DNA from: Mobula birostris
Taxonomy: Eukaryota
Reading direction: 5' to 3'
DNA length: 64,000 nt
NCBI RefSeq assembly: GCF_030028105.1
Contig: NC_092370.1
Span: forward strand, 176,090,647 to 176,154,646
This document shows positions 61,386-64,000 of the stretch, piece by piece. The notes under the pieces were generated by a model. The model had not been told where the DNA came from. It did no database searches and saw only the letters and a list, made by a program, of their open reading frames with translations. The stretch's first letter is position 1; each line of letters starts with the position of its first letter. Made by a program: the position numbers and the translations under genes.

Positions 61386-62014
61386 AGAGAGAAAGCTGAA
61401 TTACATTAATACTTGCCAGGGATTGGAAAGCATTCACTTCACATAGCAAACCTTTCTCTCTTCCTGCTTAACCTGTGGCACACAATCAGTTCCTACTCTT
61501 ACACCAATTCTAGTTTTTTTTTCGAATTTAGACAGTTGTTCTGATGTACTTCAAAATGTTTCCACCTTACATCAGCCTTTTCTTTATCTCTGAATTCTGT
61601 CCTTGTGCCTCTTTATTCCTCAGTTATTGTCAGTATATATGTACAATTTTGTAAATTGGTTTATTACTGTAACATGTACCAAGGCAGGTGAAAACATGCC
61701 TTGCATACTTTTTATACCTTCACACATCAATCCATTGCAACAGTGTATTGAAGTTAATTATTTACTTACTTAAGCCCATCGTCTCTACTGAGGCTGCTAT
61801 CCAGTAGCTCTCCAAAATTCTCTGTTCTTGGCCTGTCTTTCAAGTTGTCCCTGGGGGTAGCTCATCCTCTTGGTGCACCCTTCCTCCCCCAGAGATTAGG
61901 ACCTTGGAGCTTCTGTTGGTGTTTCTGTAGCACTGGGATTTTATGGGATCAGGTTGCTAATCCTGTGCCTTCCTTATTTCACAGCCGGGTTTAGGATCAT
62001 CCATGGTGAGTTAG

Positions 62015-62770
62015 AGCATTGTAGTGCAAGGTAAAACAATAACAGAGTTCAGAATAAAGTGTAGCAGTTACAGAGGAATTGCAGTGCAGGTCGACAATAA
62101 GATGCAAGGGTCATAACACAATAGAGTATGAGCTCAAGGGTCCACCTTATTGTACTAGGGAACCATTCTATAATCCTATAACAGTAGTAGTAAAGAAGCC
62201 ACCCTTGAGCCTAAAGCTATGTGTTTTTTGGCTTTGTATCTTCTGCCTTATGGGAGAGGGCAGAAGAGAGCACATTCAGGGTGGGAGAGGTCGTCAATTA
62301 TTCTGGCTGCTTCACCGAGACAGTGAGAAGTGTAGATAGAGTCCATGGAGAGAAGGCTGGTTTCCAGGATAAGCTGAACTGTGTCCACAACTCTCTGTAG
62401 TCCCTGACGGTCAAGTCCAGAGTAGTCGCTCTACCAAGCTGTGATGCATCAAGATTGAATGGTCTCCATGTTGCATTGATAAAATTTGGTAAAACATGCC
62501 AAATTTCTTTAGCCTCCTGAGGATGTAGAGGTGCCGATGAGCTTTCTTGATTGTGGCACCAATGTGATTTGACCAGGATAGGCTAATGGTCATGTTCGCT
62601 CCTAGGGACTTGAAATTCACAACTCTCTTGATCTCAGTACCATTGATGTACCAGGAGCCTGTCCACCACCCACTTCATGATGATAGATACCGGGGCCACC
62701 AGGTGGTAGTCATTAAGGCACATTACCTGCTTTTTGTTAGATACCTGGTGATAGTAGTCTTTTGAAAGTA
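62015..62770 (-). mobile_element. Rex1/Babar 3' fragment
   Basis: LSWSNHI...KKAHRHLYILRRLKKFG. Confidence 0.7.
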
Positions 62771-63769
62771 GGTTGGAACCTCAGACTGAAGCAAGGAGAG
62801 GTTAAAAATTTATTTGCATGTGTGTTTCGAATCATCTACTATTCTGGCCCTGTGACCATCCCAGTTTCTTGTTCTCCTTTTCTGCTTGCCCTATTTCCCT
62901 CTCCTCAGAACCCCTCCCTTAATGCTTCTTTTCATTCTCCACCCCACCCCTACCCCTATCCTTTTGGATATCCTGCCCTCAAGGGTTCCCTGGCAGTTCC
63001 AGGCTTGACTCCTTTTCTGACAAGCCCGTGGCTTCTCTCCGTGCATCTGTTTGCATCTTTAAATACCCATCTAAGCACTTGTCATTGTCAGTTGTGCTAC
63101 TGTGAAACACAGTCAAGTCCCAATCTCTTTTGCCAAAGTTAATCATTATTCTTGGATGAATCTGAATGTAATGCTAATCCTTTTTTAGTTGTCTGGCTTG
63201 GTGGTAATGGTGAAGTGATGAATATGTTAGACCATGATATTATGGATCTGAAGGAATGACTGTTTTCATTGCGATCAGTATATAGTTTAGTGCTTTACTG
63301 ACTATCCTATTAAATTTATAGTGGCTAAGGTGAAAGATATCCACAACGTCAGTGCATGGTTGCTCTTGCCGATGCTGTTAACAGTATCAGATGTATGCAG
63401 TTGCAACAGGTAGTTTAAAAGGAATGATGGCAGATAGGTTTCCCTTGTCCTGGTGCACTTAGCAACCTATGACAGGCTCAAACTGACTCCTATCACCATC
63501 TGAAATCTGACAGCTCTGTCAATGGTGGTATTATTGAGCTGCTGTCAGCTTCAGGCCTATTCTGCACTCTTGTTTCTCAATGCCCTAGTTACCCTCAAAA
63601 CCTCTACCAAATGTACTCAACACTGAGTACTGATTCTTCGGCTGAGGGAAGGAGCAATGTGGCATTTGACATGAGAATTCCTTGTTCATGTCTGATCTGA
63701 TACCATAAGGTATTATTCTAGAGTCTGAAATTCCAGTAACCTTTACTGATGACGTGATAAATAGCTGTA

Positions 63770-64000
63770 TCAGAATCAGTTTAATATTTCTGATATATGT
63801 TGTGACATGTGTTGTTCTGCGGCCACAGAAGTACAATACATAATTTAAGAAACAATCAATTACAATAAGATATAAAAAAATGAACTTATATAAGTAGTAC
63901 AAAAAGAGAGAGAGAAAACAAAATAGTCAGGTAGTGTACATGGGTTCATTGTTCATTCAGAATTCTGATGGCAAGGGGGAAGAAGCTGTTCTTAAAGCAT
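63770..64000 (-). mobile_element. Rex1/Babar-type 3' tail running off the window
   Basis: atcagaatcag tail; ggggaagaagctgttc as at 16505. Confidence 0.6.

Noticed and set aside
1-64000. CRISPR arrays, rRNA or prokaryotic operon/defence systems
   Set aside because: Vertebrate intron-exon DNA; no regular repeat-spacer array, rRNA or operon structure seen

Overview
Eukaryotic (vertebrate) genomic DNA. The repeat content points to a cartilaginous fish, probably a batoid (inference from HE1/V-SINE-like, CR1 and Penelope repeats). Two complete host genes converge tail-to-tail: vti1b (+ strand, 6 coding exons, 14065-24304, 224 aa) and mitochondrial arginase arg2 (- strand, 8 exons, 40719-24990, 351 aa). 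Their stop codons are about 685 bp apart, and between them one overlapping motif reads AATAAA on + and ATTAAA on -. CpG-rich promoter-like regions lie at about 12.3-14.2 kb (apparently bidirectional, with a candidate first exon of an unidentified divergent gene), 40.0-40.9 kb and 44.8-45.2 kb. Most of the rest is decayed transposable elements, often nested: L1, HERO (RLE) LINE, CR1, L2, Rex1/Babar, Penelope-like elements, Tigger, Tc1 and hAT derivatives, and SINEs. The most distinctive non-genic signal is a recurring family of Penelope-derived fold-back insertions (about 150 bp to 2 kb) whose terminal repeats carry minimal hammerhead-ribozyme motifs. Two copies keep an intact catalytic core. 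Most ORFs in the supplied track are TE fragments or spurious antisense frames.
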